A stretch of DNA of 64,000 bases from Burkholderiales bacterium (GCA_035459025.1 DATHYT010000074.1:5378-69377); one strand, 5' to 3'; positions 10,436 through 20,971 are shown, numbered from the stretch's first letter. Notes: a model not told the origin generated them from the letters alone. Translations and numbers: made by a program.

Positions 10436-12508
10436 ATGGCACGCAAACCCGCCGTTGCGCCGCGGTCGGAAACGCTGCTCGTCGAGCTGCTGACCGAGGA
10501 GCTGCCGCCGAAGTCGCTGGAGGCGCTGGCGCGCGGCTTCCGCGACAATCTCACCAACGATCTGGAGAGCGCCGGCCTGCGCGGCACGGGAAGCAGCGCG
10601 CGCTACTTCGCCACGCCACGGCGGCTCGCCGTATCCATCTCGCGCGTGCTGGCGGTGGCGCCCGAGGTGCGCGAGCGCGTGCAGGGACCCTCGCTCAAGG
10701 CCGCGCCGGAGGCGGTCGCCGGGTTCGCGCGCAAGCATGGCGTCGCGCCCGACGATCTCACGCGCTTCGAGTCCACCAGGGGCTTCATCTACATGGTCGA
10801 GCGCACCGTGCCCGGCGCGAAGCTTGCCGAGGTCCTGGCGCACAAGGTCGCTGCCGCGCTCGCGGCGCTGCCGATCCCGAAGACGATGCGCTGGGGCGAG
10901 GGCGAGGCGCAGTTCGTGCGCCCGGTGCACGCGCTGGTCATGCTGCACGGGGCCAAGGTCATGCCGGGGGCCGTGTTCGGCCTGGAGGCGGGCCGGCGCA
11001 CGCGCGGCCACCGCTTCATGTCCAAGGGCTGGATCACGCTGCGCGACGCCGACGCCTACGAGGCGCAACTGCGCGACGACGGCACGGTGCTGGCCGACTT
11101 CGAGGTGCGCCGCGCGGAGATCGAGCGGCTGCTCCTTGCCGAGGCCGCCGTCCAGCGCGCCACGCTCGGCGAGTACCGCGACCTGCTCGACGAGGTCACC
11201 GCCCTGGTCGAGCACCCGAGCGTCTACGCCGGCGCCTTCGACCGGGCGTTCCTGGCGATCCCGCAGGAGTGCCTCGCGCTCACGCTGCGCCAGAACCAGA
11301 AGTACTTCCCCCTGTTCGATGGGCGCGGCGCGCTGCTGCCGAAATTCCTCATCGTCTCCAACATGCGCGTCGCGGATCCCCGCCACATCGTTGGCGGCAA
11401 CGAGCGCGTGGTGCGCCCGCGCCTCGAGGACGCGCGCTTCTTCCTCGAGCAGGACCGCAAGCACCGGCTCGAGGAGCGGGTGCCGCAGCTCGCCCGGGTG
11501 GTGTTCCACCACAAGCTCGGCACCCAGCTCGATCGCGTGCAGCGCATGAAGATCCTCGCCGGCATGATCGCGCGCCGGCTCGGCGCGGACGACGCCCTGG
11601 CCGAGCGCGCCGCCGAGCTCTCCAAGGCGGACCTGCTGACCGGCATGGTGGGCGAGTTTCCCGAGCTGCAGGGCGTCATGGGACGCCACTACGCGCTGCA
11701 GGACGGCGAGGCGCCCGAGGTGGCCGAGGCGATCGGCGCGCACTACCGCCCGCGCTTCGCCGGCGACGAGCTGCCGCGCAGCCCGGTGGGCTGCGCAGTG
11801 GCGCTCGCCGACAAGCTCTACCAGCTGGCGGGATTCTTCGGCATCGGCCAGCAGCCCACCGGCGAGAAGGATCCCTACGGCCTGCGCCGCGCGGCGCTCG
11901 GCGTGATCCGCATCCTGGTCGAGCGCGCGCTGCCGGCGTCGCTGCACGACCTGGTGCACGACGCCTACCAGGTGCTGCCCAAGGACATCGGCCAGTCGCA
12001 CGTGGCGGTGCAGCAGTTCATGCGCGAGCGCATGCGCAGCTATCTCGCCGAGCGCGGTTACGGCGCGAACGAGATCGAGTCGGTGCTGGGTCACATGTTC
12101 GTGCGCCTCGACCAGATTCCGAAGCAGCTCGACGCCGTGCGCGCGTTCGCCAGGCTGCCCGAGGCCCCCAGCCTCGCGGCGGCCAACAAGCGCATCGCCA
12201 ACATACTCAAGCAGGCCGACGGCGTGCCGGCGGAGTTCGACGCGTCGCTGTTCAGCCTGCCCGAGGAAAGCGCCCTCGCCGACGCCTTCGCCGCCCTGCT
12301 GCCGCAGTACGAGAGCGCCTTCAAGGCGGGCGACTACACCGGCGCGCTGAAATCGCTCGCCGCGCTCAAGTCCCCCGTCGACGCGTTCTTCGACAAGGTG
12401 CTGGTGATGGACAAGGACGAGCGCGTGAAGCGCAACCGCATCGGCTTTCTCAGCCGGCTGCACGCCACCATGAACCGCATCGCCGACCTGTCGAAGCTCG
12501 CCGCATGA
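10436..12508 (+). CDS. glyS: Glycine--tRNA ligase beta subunit
   Basis: 690 aa directly after glyQ. LLVELLTEELPPK N-terminus and RYFATPRRLAV motif. Confidence 0.95.
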   Translation: MARKPAVAPRSETLLVELLTEELPPKSLEALARGFRDNLTNDLESAGLRGTGSSARYFATPRRLAVSISRVLAVAPEVRERVQGPSLKAAPEAVAGFARKHGVAPDDLTRFESTRGFIYMVERTVPGAKLAEVLAHKVAAALAALPIPKTMRWGEGEAQFVRPVHALVMLHGAKVMPGAVFGLEAGRRTRGHRFMSKGWITLRDADAYEAQLRDDGTVLADFEVRRAEIERLLLAEAAVQRATLGEYRDLLDEVTALVEHPSVYAGAFDRAFLAIPQECLALTLRQNQKYFPLFDGRGALLPKFLIVSNMRVADPRHIVGGNERVVRPRLEDARFFLEQDRKHRLEERVPQLARVVFHHKLGTQLDRVQRMKILAGMIARRLGADDALAERAAELSKADLLTGMVGEFPELQGVMGRHYALQDGEAPEVAEAIGAHYRPRFAGDELPRSPVGCAVALADKLYQLAGFFGIGQQPTGEKDPYGLRRAALGVIRILVERALPASLHDLVHDAYQVLPKDIGQSHVAVQQFMRERMRSYLAERGYGANEIESVLGHMFVRLDQIPKQLDAVRAFARLPEAPSLAAANKRIANILKQADGVPAEFDASLFSLPEESALADAFAALLPQYESAFKAGDYTGALKSLAALKSPVDAFFDKVLVMDKDERVKRNRIGFLSRLHATMNRIADLSKLAA

Positions 12509-13038
12509 AGCTCGTGGTGTTGGACCGCGACGGCACCATCAATCACGACAGCGACCAGTACATCAAGTCGCCCGCGGAATGGAAGCCGATCAAGGGCAGC
12601 CTGGAGGCGATCGCGCGCCTTACCCAGTCGGGCCATCGCGTCGTGGTGGCCACCAACCAGTCGGGGATCGCGCGCGGCCTGTTCGACATGACCACGCTCA
12701 ACGCCATCCACGACGCCATGCAGCGCGCGGTGCAGCAGGCGGGCGGGCGCATCGACGCGATCTTCTTCTGCCCGCACGCGGGCGATGCGGACTGCGCCTG
12801 CCGCAAGCCCAGGCCCGGCATGCTGCTCGAGATCGCGCGGCGCATGAACGCGCCGCTGGAAGGCGTGCCGGTGGTGGGCGATGCGCTGCGCGACCTGCAG
12901 GCGGCGGCCGCGGTCGGCGCGCGGCCGGTCCTGGTGCTGACGGGCAAGGGCAAGCAAACGCGCGCCGCCGGCGGCCTGCCGCCCGGCACCGAGGTGTTCG
13001 ACAACCTCGCCGCGTTCGCCGCCAAGGCCGCGCCGTGA
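12505..13038 (+). CDS. gmhB: D-glycero-beta-D-manno-heptose-1,7-bisphosphate 7-phosphatase (HAD family)
   Basis: MKLVVLDRDGTIN HAD motif I and Zn-finger-like FFCPHAGDADCACRKPRPGM. ATGA overlap with the glyS stop. Confidence 0.88.
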   Translation: MKLVVLDRDGTINHDSDQYIKSPAEWKPIKGSLEAIARLTQSGHRVVVATNQSGIARGLFDMTTLNAIHDAMQRAVQQAGGRIDAIFFCPHAGDADCACRKPRPGMLLEIARRMNAPLEGVPVVGDALRDLQAAAAVGARPVLVLTGKGKQTRAAGGLPPGTEVFDNLAAFAAKAAP

Positions 13039-13736
13039 CGCTCCTGCGCTCGGCGCTGTTCGCCCTGGCGCTGGTGGTCGTGACCCCGCCCTACGCGCTC
13101 ATTGCGCTCGCCACCTTTCCCCTGCCGCGCCTCGTGCGCTACCGCGTCATCTCCGGCTGGTCGCGCCTGGTGGTGCGCCTTGCGCGCGCGATTGTCGGCA
13201 TCCGCTGGACCGTGGAAGGGCGCGAGCACCTGCCCGCCAACCCCGCGGTGATCCTCGCCAAGCACCAGTCGGCCTGGGAGACGCTCGCCTTCCAGGAGAT
13301 CTTCCCGCCGCAGGTGCTGGTGCTGAAGAAGGAGCTGCTGTGGATCCCGTTCTTCGGCTGGGGGCTCGCGCTGATGAGCCCGATCGCCATCGACCGCGCC
13401 AACGGCCGCGCGGCGCTCCGCGACATCGCGCGCCGCGGCCGCGAGCGCCTGGCGCAGGGCTTCTGGGTGGTGATCTTTCCCGAGGGCACGCGGGTGCGCG
13501 TCGGCGAGAAGCGCGAGTACCAGCAGGGCGGCGCCTGGCTCGCGGCGCAGTGCGGCGTGCCCGTGGTGCCGGTGGCCCACAACGCCGGGCGCCTGTGGCC
13601 GCGCAACGCCTTCGTCAAGCGCGCCGGCAACGTTACCGTGCGCATCGGCCCGCCGATCCCGACCGAAGGCCGCGATGCGAAACAGATCAGCGCGCAGGCC
13701 GAGGCCTGGATCGAGGGCGAGCAGCGGACGTTGTAG
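13035..13736 (+). CDS. plsC: 1-acyl-sn-glycerol-3-phosphate acyltransferase
   Basis: Internal GTG start overlapping the gmhB stop (GTGA). Acyltransferase blocks AKHQSAWE and IFPEGTR. Confidence 0.85.
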   Translation: MTLLRSALFALALVVVTPPYALIALATFPLPRLVRYRVISGWSRLVVRLARAIVGIRWTVEGREHLPANPAVILAKHQSAWETLAFQEIFPPQVLVLKKELLWIPFFGWGLALMSPIAIDRANGRAALRDIARRGRERLAQGFWVVIFPEGTRVRVGEKREYQQGGAWLAAQCGVPVVPVAHNAGRLWPRNAFVKRAGNVTVRIGPPIPTEGRDAKQISAQAEAWIEGEQRTL

Positions 13737-13748
13737 ACTGCCGGCACC

Positions 13749-14135
13749 ATGCGAATCCTCCACACCATGCTGCGCGTCGGAAACATGGAGCGCTCCGTGA
13801 AGTTCTATACGGAGGTGCTCGGGATGAAGGTGCTGCGCACCACCGATCGTCCCGAGCAGAAGTACTCGCTCGCCTTCGTCGGCTACGACGACGAGTCGCG
13901 GGCCTCGGTGCTCGAGCTCACCTACAACTACGGCACCGACAACTACGACCTGGGCACGGCCTACGGCCACGTCGCCATCGAGGTGGACAACGCCGCGGCC
14001 ATGTGCGAGGCCGTGGCCGCGAAGGGCGGCAAGGTCACGCGCGCGGCGGGACCGGTGAAGGGCGGCACCACGGTGATCGCCTTCGTCGAGGATCCCGACG
14101 GCTACAAGATCGAGTTTATCGAGCGCAAGAAATAG
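13749..14135 (+). CDS. gloA: Lactoylglutathione lyase (glyoxalase I)
   Basis: 128 aa. [27 protein letters not shown]...GHVAIEVDN...[14 protein letters not shown]. Confidence 0.92.
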   Translation: MRILHTMLRVGNMERSVKFYTEVLGMKVLRTTDRPEQKYSLAFVGYDDESRASVLELTYNYGTDNYDLGTAYGHVAIEVDNAAAMCEAVAAKGGKVTRAAGPVKGGTTVIAFVEDPDGYKIEFIERKK

Positions 14136-14164
14136 AAAAGGGCGCCAGCGGCGCCCCTTTTTCC
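14136..14164. terminator. Bidirectional rho-independent terminator between convergent gloA and sodC
   Basis: AAAAGGGCGCC-AGC-GGCGCCCCTTTTT: a GC hairpin flanked by an A-run and a T-run. Confidence 0.65.
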
Positions 14165-14181
14165 TTTAGTCCCGAACCCGC

Positions 14182-14700
14182 TCAGTTCGCCTTGATCACC
14201 CCGCACGCCAGGCGCGCGCCCGCATTGCCCGTGGGTTGCGTCTTGTAGTCGTCGGGATCGGCGTGCACGATCACCGCGCGCCCGACGATGTTCGCCGGGC
14301 CCGCGGTCAGCGTGACGATGTCAAGATCGGCGCTCAGCTTCGCCTTGCCCTTGGCGTCGGCCTTGAGATTCGGCATGTCGCCCGCATGGTGCTCGCTGCC
14401 CTGCGGCCCGTGCGGCTTGCCATAGGGATTGAAGTGCCCCTTGGCGCTCAAGCCGTCGCCCGAGCTGCAATCGCCCACCTCGTGGATGTGAAAGCCGAAC
14501 TCCTGGTTCGGCGCCAGGCGAATGAGCTGCGCGGTGACGCGCACCTTGCCGCCGGCCTGCTCGAAATTCACCTCGCCGACTACCTTGTTGCCCTTGGTCG
14601 GCTCCAAGCCCGCCGACGCGCGCAGCGGCTCGTCCGACATCGTCTGGCAGCCCGCCAGGGCGGCCGTTGTAAGTAGCGCGAGCACATGTCCGGCTTTCAT
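14182..14700 (-). CDS. sodC: Periplasmic Cu/Zn superoxide dismutase (lipoprotein)
   Basis: Internal ATG at 14700 (MKAGHVLALLTTAALAGC lipobox). GFHIHEVGDC, GHFNP, HAGDMPN, VIVHADPDD, ARLACGVI motifs. Confidence 0.9.
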   Translation of the reverse strand: MKAGHVLALLTTAALAGCQTMSDEPLRASAGLEPTKGNKVVGEVNFEQAGGKVRVTAQLIRLAPNQEFGFHIHEVGDCSSGDGLSAKGHFNPYGKPHGPQGSEHHAGDMPNLKADAKGKAKLSADLDIVTLTAGPANIVGRAVIVHADPDDYKTQPTGNAGARLACGVIKAN

Positions 14701-14758
14701 CTGAGCGTCTCCTCGAGTCTGGGTGCGAGCGGATTGTACTCGGCACGCCTGCCGGCTC

Positions 14759-15547
14759 TCAACAAAGTGTCGAAATGGTGCGCCGCGCAATGCGCACGTA
14801 GTCGGCCGGGGACAGATTCTCCGGCCGCAGCCGGGCGTCGATGCCGAGCGCCTCGAGCGCCTCAGCGGGCAGCCCGAGCGCATTGCGCAGGGTCTTGCGC
14901 CGGGCACTGAACGCCCGGCGCACGAGCTCGGCGAAGCCCTCGACGTCCCGGTCGAGCGGCTCGGCGAGGGGGACCAGCCGCACCACCGCCGATTCCACTT
15001 GCGGCGGCGGGCGAAACGCGCCGGCGGCGACGCGGAACAGCTTCTGCATGGTGAAACGTGCCTGCAACATCACCGAGAGCCGCCCGTAGGCCGCCGTCGA
15101 GGGCGGCGCGACCATGCGCTCCACCACCTCGCGTTGCAGCATGAAATGCAGGTCGCGCAACCGGTCCGCGAAGCGCGCAAGGTGGAACAGCAGCGGCGTC
15201 GAGATGTTGTAGGGCAGGTTGCCGACGACGCGCGCCCCCGGCGGCAGAGCGCCGAAGTCGAACTCGAGCGCGTCTGCGACGTGCACCTTGATGCGCTCGG
15301 CGGCCAGCGCCGCGGCGAGGTCGCGGTCGATCTCGATCGCCTCCAGCCGCGCGGCGCGCGCGGCGAGCGGCCGCGTCAGCACGCCCTCGCCGGGGCCGAT
15401 CTCGACGATGAAATCGTCCGCGGACGGCGCCACCGCCTCGACGATGCGCCGCACCACCGCGGCGTCGTGCAGGAAATGCTGGCCGAACCTCTTACGCGGC
15501 CGATGCGAGCTTGCGCGCAAGCTTGAGCGCCTCGAGCAGGCTGCCAA
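14759..15547 (-). CDS. rsmA: 16S rRNA (adenine1518/1519-N6)-dimethyltransferase
   Basis: RKRFGQHFLHD, VEIGPGEGVLT, NLPYNISTP motifs. Downstream of pdxA as in the classic surA-pdxA-ksgA cluster. Confidence 0.9.
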   Translation of the reverse strand: MAACSRRSSLRASSHRPRKRFGQHFLHDAAVVRRIVEAVAPSADDFIVEIGPGEGVLTRPLAARAARLEAIEIDRDLAAALAAERIKVHVADALEFDFGALPPGARVVGNLPYNISTPLLFHLARFADRLRDLHFMLQREVVERMVAPPSTAAYGRLSVMLQARFTMQKLFRVAAGAFRPPPQVESAVVRLVPLAEPLDRDVEGFAELVRRAFSARRKTLRNALGLPAEALEALGIDARLRPENLSPADYVRIARRTISTLC

Positions 15548-16391
15548 CGTCGGCGCGCCCCTTGCCGGCGATATCGAGCGCAGTGCCGTGGTCCACCGAA
15601 GTGCGCACGAACGGCAGGCCGAGCGTGACGTTGACGCCGCGGCCGAAGCTTGCGTACTTCAGCACCGGCAAGCCCTGGTCGTGATACAGCGCGAGCGCGC
15701 AGTCGGCGGCTTTGAGCCGCGCCGGCACGAACAGCGTATCGGCCGGGATCGGCCCCTCGGCCGCGATGCCGAGCTTGCGCGCCGCGGCGATGGCCGGCTC
15801 GATCGTGTCGCGCTCCTCGGTGCCGAGGTGACCCGACTCGCCGCTGTGCGGATTGAGGCCGGCGACCAGGATGCGCGGACGGCGGATGCCGAAGCGCTTT
15901 TGCAGGCCGGCGTGCACGACGCGCAGCGTCGCGAGCAGCCCGTCGCGCGTGATGGCGCGCGGCACCGCCGCGAGCGGCAGGTGGGTGGTGGCGAGCGCGA
16001 CCCGCAGGCCCCCGCCCACCAGCATCATCACCACGTGCGGTGCGCCCGCCTTCGCCGCCAGGTACTCGGTGTGCCCGGTGAACGCGATGCCGGCGTCGTT
16101 GATCGCGCCCTTGTGCACCGGCGCCGTCACCATCGCGTCGTACTCGCCGGCGAGGCACCCGGCCGCCGCGCGATCGAGGAGCGCCAGCACGTAGCGGCTG
16201 TTCGCCGGGTCGAGCCGCCCCGCCCTGCGCGGCGCCGCGAGCGGCACGTGCTCGATGTTCGCGCAGCCCCGCAGCAGCGAGCGGTCGCCGATCGCCACGA
16301 GCCGCGCGCCGCGGAAAACGCGCGCCGCCGCGACGCACAGCTCCGGGCCGACGCCCGCCGGCTCGCCCGACGTGAGGGCGATCGTCGCCAC
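15492..16391 (-). CDS. pdxA: 4-hydroxythreonine-4-phosphate dehydrogenase
   Basis: Internal GTG at 16391 (VATIALTSGEPAGVGPE). GHTEYLA, AGLNPHSGE, YHDQGLPVLK, TSVDHGTA motifs. The upstream part of the 848-aa track ORF is an alternate frame of surA. Confidence 0.92.
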   Translation of the reverse strand: MATIALTSGEPAGVGPELCVAAARVFRGARLVAIGDRSLLRGCANIEHVPLAAPRRAGRLDPANSRYVLALLDRAAAGCLAGEYDAMVTAPVHKGAINDAGIAFTGHTEYLAAKAGAPHVVMMLVGGGLRVALATTHLPLAAVPRAITRDGLLATLRVVHAGLQKRFGIRRPRILVAGLNPHSGESGHLGTEERDTIEPAIAAARKLGIAAEGPIPADTLFVPARLKAADCALALYHDQGLPVLKYASFGRGVNVTLGLPFVRTSVDHGTALDIAGKGRADVGSLLEALKLARKLASAA

Positions 16392-16393
16392 GC

Positions 16394-17689
16394 TCAGCGC
16401 TCTTCGAGCCGCAGCTCGACGTAGGTGCGGTCGCGAAGCTGGCGCAGCCAGTCCTGGTAGGCCTCGTCGGCCTTTCTTTCGCGCAGCGCCTGGCGCGCCT
16501 GCAGGCGCTGGCGCTCGGCGCTCACGTCGGCGGCGCGCCGCTCCAGCACCTGGATCAGGTGGAAGCCGAACGGCGTGCGTACCGGCGGGCTGAGCTCGCC
16601 GGGGCCGAGCGCGTTCATGGCGCGCTCGAACTCGGGCACCGTGTCGCCGGGATACACCCAGCCGAGCTCGCCGCCGCGCGCCGCGGTGCCATCCTCGGAA
16701 TTGAGCCGCGCGAGCTCGGCGAAATCGGCCCCCGCCGAGATGCGCTCGCGCAGGCCCCCCAGGCGCCGGCGCGCGTCCTCCTCGGACACGATCTCGTTGG
16801 TCTTGACCAGGATGTGGCGCGCGCGCGTCTGCGTCACCGCCGCGGCGGCGCCCGCGCCGCGCCGTCCGAGCAGCTTGACGACGTGAAAGCCCGCCGGGCT
16901 GCGCAACAGCTCGCTCACCGTGCCCGGCTGCATGTCGCGCAGCGCCTCGGCGAACAGTTCCGGCAGCCGCCCCGGGGTGCGCCAGCCCAGCGCGCCGCCC
17001 TGCAGCGCGTCGCCGGCGTCCGAATGGCTGGCGGCGAGGCGCGCGAAGTCGGCGCCCGCACGCGCCTCCTCGCGCACGCGCGCGGCGCGCGCGCGGGCCT
17101 GCGCCACCTGCTCGGGGCTCGCCTGCTCCGGCACGCGCACCAGGATGTGCGCCGCGTCGTATTCGACCGCATCCGCCAGGCCCGCCTTGTTGTCTTCCAG
17201 GAAGGCGTCGATCTCGGCCTCGCTCACCTGCACGCGGTCCTCCACCTCGCGGTCGCGCAGGCGTGCGAGCAGGATCTGCTGGCGCAGCTCGGCGCGGAAC
17301 TCCTCGAAGTCGATGCCGTCGCGCTCCAGCACGCGGCGGAACTCGGCCAGCGCCATGCCGTTGTTCTGCGCGACGCGCTGCACCGCGCGATCGAGCTGCA
17401 GCTCGTCGACGCGCAGCCCCGTGCTCTCGGCGAGCTGCAGCTGCGCCTTGTCGAGCACCAGCCGCTCCAGCACCTGGCGCTGCAGCACGCCACGCTCCGG
17501 CGCCGCGATGCGCTGGCGCCGCAGCTCGGCGGCGGCGCGCTCGGTGCGCTGGGCGAGTTCGGTCAGCGTGATCACGTCCTTGTTCACGACGGCGACCACC
17601 CGATCGACGAGCACTGCGTCGCGCGCCGCCGCGGCGGCCGGGACGAGCGCGGCGAGCGCGAGCAGCAGGCCGGCGGCGGGCCGCGTCAT
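16394..17689 (-). CDS. surA: Periplasmic chaperone / peptidyl-prolyl isomerase SurA
   Basis: 431 aa with a signal peptide, a SurA N-domain and two parvulin-type PPIase domains (HILV...GGALGW, HILVKT...GGELGW). Confidence 0.9.
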   Translation of the reverse strand: MTRPAAGLLLALAALVPAAAAARDAVLVDRVVAVVNKDVITLTELAQRTERAAAELRRQRIAAPERGVLQRQVLERLVLDKAQLQLAESTGLRVDELQLDRAVQRVAQNNGMALAEFRRVLERDGIDFEEFRAELRQQILLARLRDREVEDRVQVSEAEIDAFLEDNKAGLADAVEYDAAHILVRVPEQASPEQVAQARARAARVREEARAGADFARLAASHSDAGDALQGGALGWRTPGRLPELFAEALRDMQPGTVSELLRSPAGFHVVKLLGRRGAGAAAAVTQTRARHILVKTNEIVSEEDARRRLGGLRERISAGADFAELARLNSEDGTAARGGELGWVYPGDTVPEFERAMNALGPGELSPPVRTPFGFHLIQVLERRAADVSAERQRLQARQALRERKADEAYQDWLRQLRDRTYVELRLEER

Positions 17690-19930
17690 TCAGTTCGCCC
17701 CCTCGAAGGGCGCCGCCGGCTGCAGGCTGGGGGGCACCAGCGTCTGGTCGCGCGGATTGGTCACCGAGTAGCCCGGGACGTTGCGGCGGAACAGGTTCAC
17801 CGTTTCGCTGGAGCCGATCTGGCCGAGGCCATTGAATTCGAGCTGGAACAGAATCGCTTTCGAGGTCACGTCGGTTGCCGCCTGCACGCGCTGCGCCACC
17901 GCCCGGAACACCCAGCAGCCGCCGTTGTACTCGATGCCACCCAGCGCTTCCAGCAAGCGGCGGTCGCGCAGCGAGTAATTGTATCGTCCGATCGCATACC
18001 AGCCGCCCTGGACCGGCCACTGGGCCGAAAGATCCCATTGCCGCACCTGCTCCCGGTTGAAGCGGTAGCTGAAATTCAGCACCTTGGCGATCTCGGGCGC
18101 GTAGCGCAGCTGCAGGCCGTAGCGTTCGGTGCGCGAGTTGCGCGGGTTGTACTGCAGCGCGCCGTCGAAGGTCCAGTGGCGCGCGAAGCGCCCGCCGGCC
18201 GAGGCGAGCCAGTCGGACTCGGTCGAGGTACGCAGCGTCGAGGACGCGGTGAGGCCGACGCGCTCCTCGGCGAAGTAGTAGCGCTGCCCGAGGGTGGCGC
18301 GCAGGCGCTCCTCGCCGCGCTCGTTCAGCAGGCGCGAGGTGAGCGCCCAGGTGATCTGGTTGGCGTCGCCAAAGCGGTCGCCGCCGACGAAGCGGTTTTC
18401 CGAAAACAGCTGCGCGTAGTTGAAGTCCGCCAGCGCCGTATCGAATAGCGGCAGCTGCGATTGCTCGCGGAACGGCGCGTAGACGTAGAACAGGCGCGGC
18501 TCGAGCGTTTGCGTCAGCCGCTCGCCGAACCAGTCCGTGCCGCGGTCGAAAAGCAGCCCGGCGTCCAGGCTCAGCCAGGGAATGCTCACCGTCTGGCGCT
18601 CGGGCTGGCCGGCGGCGGTGCGGCTCAGCTCGTAGCGCGAATGGCGCGCGCCGAACCGCGGCGTGAGGAAGTAGCCGGGCGCGGTGAGCGGCATGCTGAG
18701 CACCGGGTTGACGGTGCTGCGCTCGCCTTCGACCAGCGTCGGGTGCGTGAAGCGCGCGTACTCGATCGGCAGCGCGCCGTCGAGCAGCCCGCCCATGTCG
18801 TTGCGCGCGACCGACAGGTTGAGCTGCGGCACGCGGTGGTACGGCGGCACGATCGGCGCGAGCGGGTCCTGCAGCGTCTGGAAGCGCTGCACCCGCCCCT
18901 GCAGGCTGAGGCCGGTGCCGCCGAAGCTGCGCCCGTACTGCAGATAGCCGTCGCGCTGCAGGTTGCCGGTGGCAACCTGGCGCACGTCGCTGTACAGGTC
19001 GACGAAATAGCGGTCGTCGGACACGTGGTTCACGTCGACCTTGGCGGTGAGCGCCGGGGTAAAGCGGTGCTCGTGCTGCACCGAATAGCCGGTGCGCGAG
19101 CGACCGAGCAGCTTGTCCTCGGGCAGGTACTCCAGGCGCGCCTCGCCGTTGAAGCTGCGGCCGAGGTAGCGGTACAGGGTCTTCAGCTGCTCGCCGCGCT
19201 TGGACATGAACGTCGGGGTGAGGGTCGCGTCCTGCTCGGGTGCGATGTTCCAGTAGAACGGCACCGTGAGCTCACCCCCGCGCAGCGTGGTCTGCGCGTA
19301 GTGCGGCGGCAGCAGCCCGCTCTTGCGCCGGTTCTCCAGCGGGAAGCTGAAGTACGGCGTGCCGAGGATCGGGACATCGAAGAAGCGCAGGCGCGCGCCG
19401 CGCGCCACGCCCGTTTCCTCGGTGTAGTCGAGCTCGAGCTCGCTCGCCTCGAGCCGCCAGTCGTCGTTGCCCGGCTCGCAGGTGGTGAAATGCGCGCCGC
19501 TGAAAAGGTAGCGTCCGCGCCCCCTGAACTCGATGCGCTCGGCGCCGCCGCGCGCGGTCTGCTTGCGCCGCATGAGGAAGGTGGGCGCTTCCATGACGCC
19601 GGTGTCGTCGGTCGTGTCGTAGATGAGGCGCGGCCCGAAGAAGCGGTCTGTGCCCTGCGCGACGCGCACGCCGCCGTCGGCCTCGAGACGGCCGAACTCG
19701 CGGTTGAACTTGAGGTACTCGGCGTAGATCTGGGACTCGCCCTGCCGGAACTCGACGCCGCCGCGCGCCGTCACTTCCAGGCCCGAGATGCCCTCGATCG
19801 ACTGCGCGTCGATGGTCGCCGGCTCGCGGGCCTCGGGCGCCGGCATCTGCGCAAACGCGGCGCACGCCGCCAGCAGCGACGCGCAGCCGGCAACCTGGGT
19901 GGCCAGCTTACGCGCTGGAAAACGCTGCAT
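17690..19930 (-). CDS. lptD: LPS-assembly outer-membrane protein LptD
   Basis: Internal ATG at 19930 (MQRFPARKLATQVAGCASLLAACAAFA). OstA N-domain followed by a large beta-barrel rich in aromatic-terminated strands. Directly upstream of surA. Confidence 0.9.
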   Translation of the reverse strand: MQRFPARKLATQVAGCASLLAACAAFAQMPAPEAREPATIDAQSIEGISGLEVTARGGVEFRQGESQIYAEYLKFNREFGRLEADGGVRVAQGTDRFFGPRLIYDTTDDTGVMEAPTFLMRRKQTARGGAERIEFRGRGRYLFSGAHFTTCEPGNDDWRLEASELELDYTEETGVARGARLRFFDVPILGTPYFSFPLENRRKSGLLPPHYAQTTLRGGELTVPFYWNIAPEQDATLTPTFMSKRGEQLKTLYRYLGRSFNGEARLEYLPEDKLLGRSRTGYSVQHEHRFTPALTAKVDVNHVSDDRYFVDLYSDVRQVATGNLQRDGYLQYGRSFGGTGLSLQGRVQRFQTLQDPLAPIVPPYHRVPQLNLSVARNDMGGLLDGALPIEYARFTHPTLVEGERSTVNPVLSMPLTAPGYFLTPRFGARHSRYELSRTAAGQPERQTVSIPWLSLDAGLLFDRGTDWFGERLTQTLEPRLFYVYAPFREQSQLPLFDTALADFNYAQLFSENRFVGGDRFGDANQITWALTSRLLNERGEERLRATLGQRYYFAEERVGLTASSTLRTSTESDWLASAGGRFARHWTFDGALQYNPRNSRTERYGLQLRYAPEIAKVLNFSYRFNREQVRQWDLSAQWPVQGGWYAIGRYNYSLRDRRLLEALGGIEYNGGCWVFRAVAQRVQAATDVTSKAILFQLEFNGLGQIGSSETVNLFRRNVPGYSVTNPRDQTLVPPSLQPAAPFEGAN

Positions 19931-19999
19931 GAACGAGGGAGAGAGACCGGACCTTTGCGTGTAAAATCGCACAATTCCGCGCCAGGCGCAACGCAACTC

Positions 20000-20971
20000 G
20001 TGGATCACAGGCTCGCTGCGCTCACGCGCTGGCTCGCCGGGCCGCTCGGCGGCCCGGAGTTCACCCTCAGCGTCGCTTCCGCCGACGCCAGCTTTCGCCG
20101 CTACTTCCGCGTCACCCGCGCCGATGGGCGCAGCTTGATCGCCATGGACGCGCCTCCCGAGCACGAGGACTGTGCCGCGTTCGTGCACGTGGCGCGGCTG
20201 CTGCGCGCCGCGGGCGTGAACGCGCCCGAAGTGCACGCCGAGGATCTGGCGCAGGGGTTCCTCCTGCTCACCGATCTGGGCACCGTCACCTACCTCGACG
20301 CGCTGAACGACGCGAACGCCGATGCGCTGATGCGCGACGCGATCGCCGCGCTCCTCAAGTGGCAGCAGGCGACGCGCGACGCGACGCTGCCGCCGTACGA
20401 CGAGGCGCTGCTGCGCCGCGAGCTCGCGCTGTTTCCGGACTGGTACGTGGGCCGGCATCTCAAGCGCGAGCTGTCGGCCGCGCAACGCGCCCAATGGGAA
20501 GCGCTGTGCGCGGCGCTCGTGGCGAGCGCCCTGGCGCAGCCGCCGGTGTACGTGCATCGCGACTACATGCCGAGAAACCTCATGCTGAGCGAGCCGAACC
20601 CCGGCGTGCTCGATTTCCAGGACGCGGTCATCGGGCCCATCACCTACGACATCGCCTCGCTCACGCGCGACGCGTTCCTCAGCTGGGATGAGGCGCGCGT
20701 GCTCGACTGGTCGGTGCGCTACTGGGAAGGCGCGAAGCGCGCGGGCCTGCCGGTGGCCGCCGACTTCGCGGAGCACTGGCGCGCGCAGGAATGGATGGGG
20801 CTGCAGCGGCACCTGAAGGTGCTCGGCATCTTCGCGCGCCTCACCTACCGCGACGGCAAGGCAAGATACGTCGCCGATGCGCCGCGCTTTCTCGGCTACG
20901 CGCGCGCGGCGGCGCGGCGCTACGTCGCGCTCGCGCCGCTCGCGCGGCTGCTGGACGAGCTGCACGCATGA
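20000..20971 (+). CDS. amgK: Aminoglycoside-phosphotransferase-fold kinase, likely anomeric MurNAc/GlcNAc kinase AmgK (start uncertain)
   Basis: APH-fold motifs (SADASFRRYFRV, VHRDYMPRNLM, LDFQDAVIGPITYDIASL). Divergent from lptD and overlapping a MurU-like gene, as in the Pseudomonas amgK-murU arrangement. Confidence 0.7.
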   Translation: MDHRLAALTRWLAGPLGGPEFTLSVASADASFRRYFRVTRADGRSLIAMDAPPEHEDCAAFVHVARLLRAAGVNAPEVHAEDLAQGFLLLTDLGTVTYLDALNDANADALMRDAIAALLKWQQATRDATLPPYDEALLRRELALFPDWYVGRHLKRELSAAQRAQWEALCAALVASALAQPPVYVHRDYMPRNLMLSEPNPGVLDFQDAVIGPITYDIASLTRDAFLSWDEARVLDWSVRYWEGAKRAGLPVAADFAEHWRAQEWMGLQRHLKVLGIFARLTYRDGKARYVADAPRFLGYARAAARRYVALAPLARLLDELHA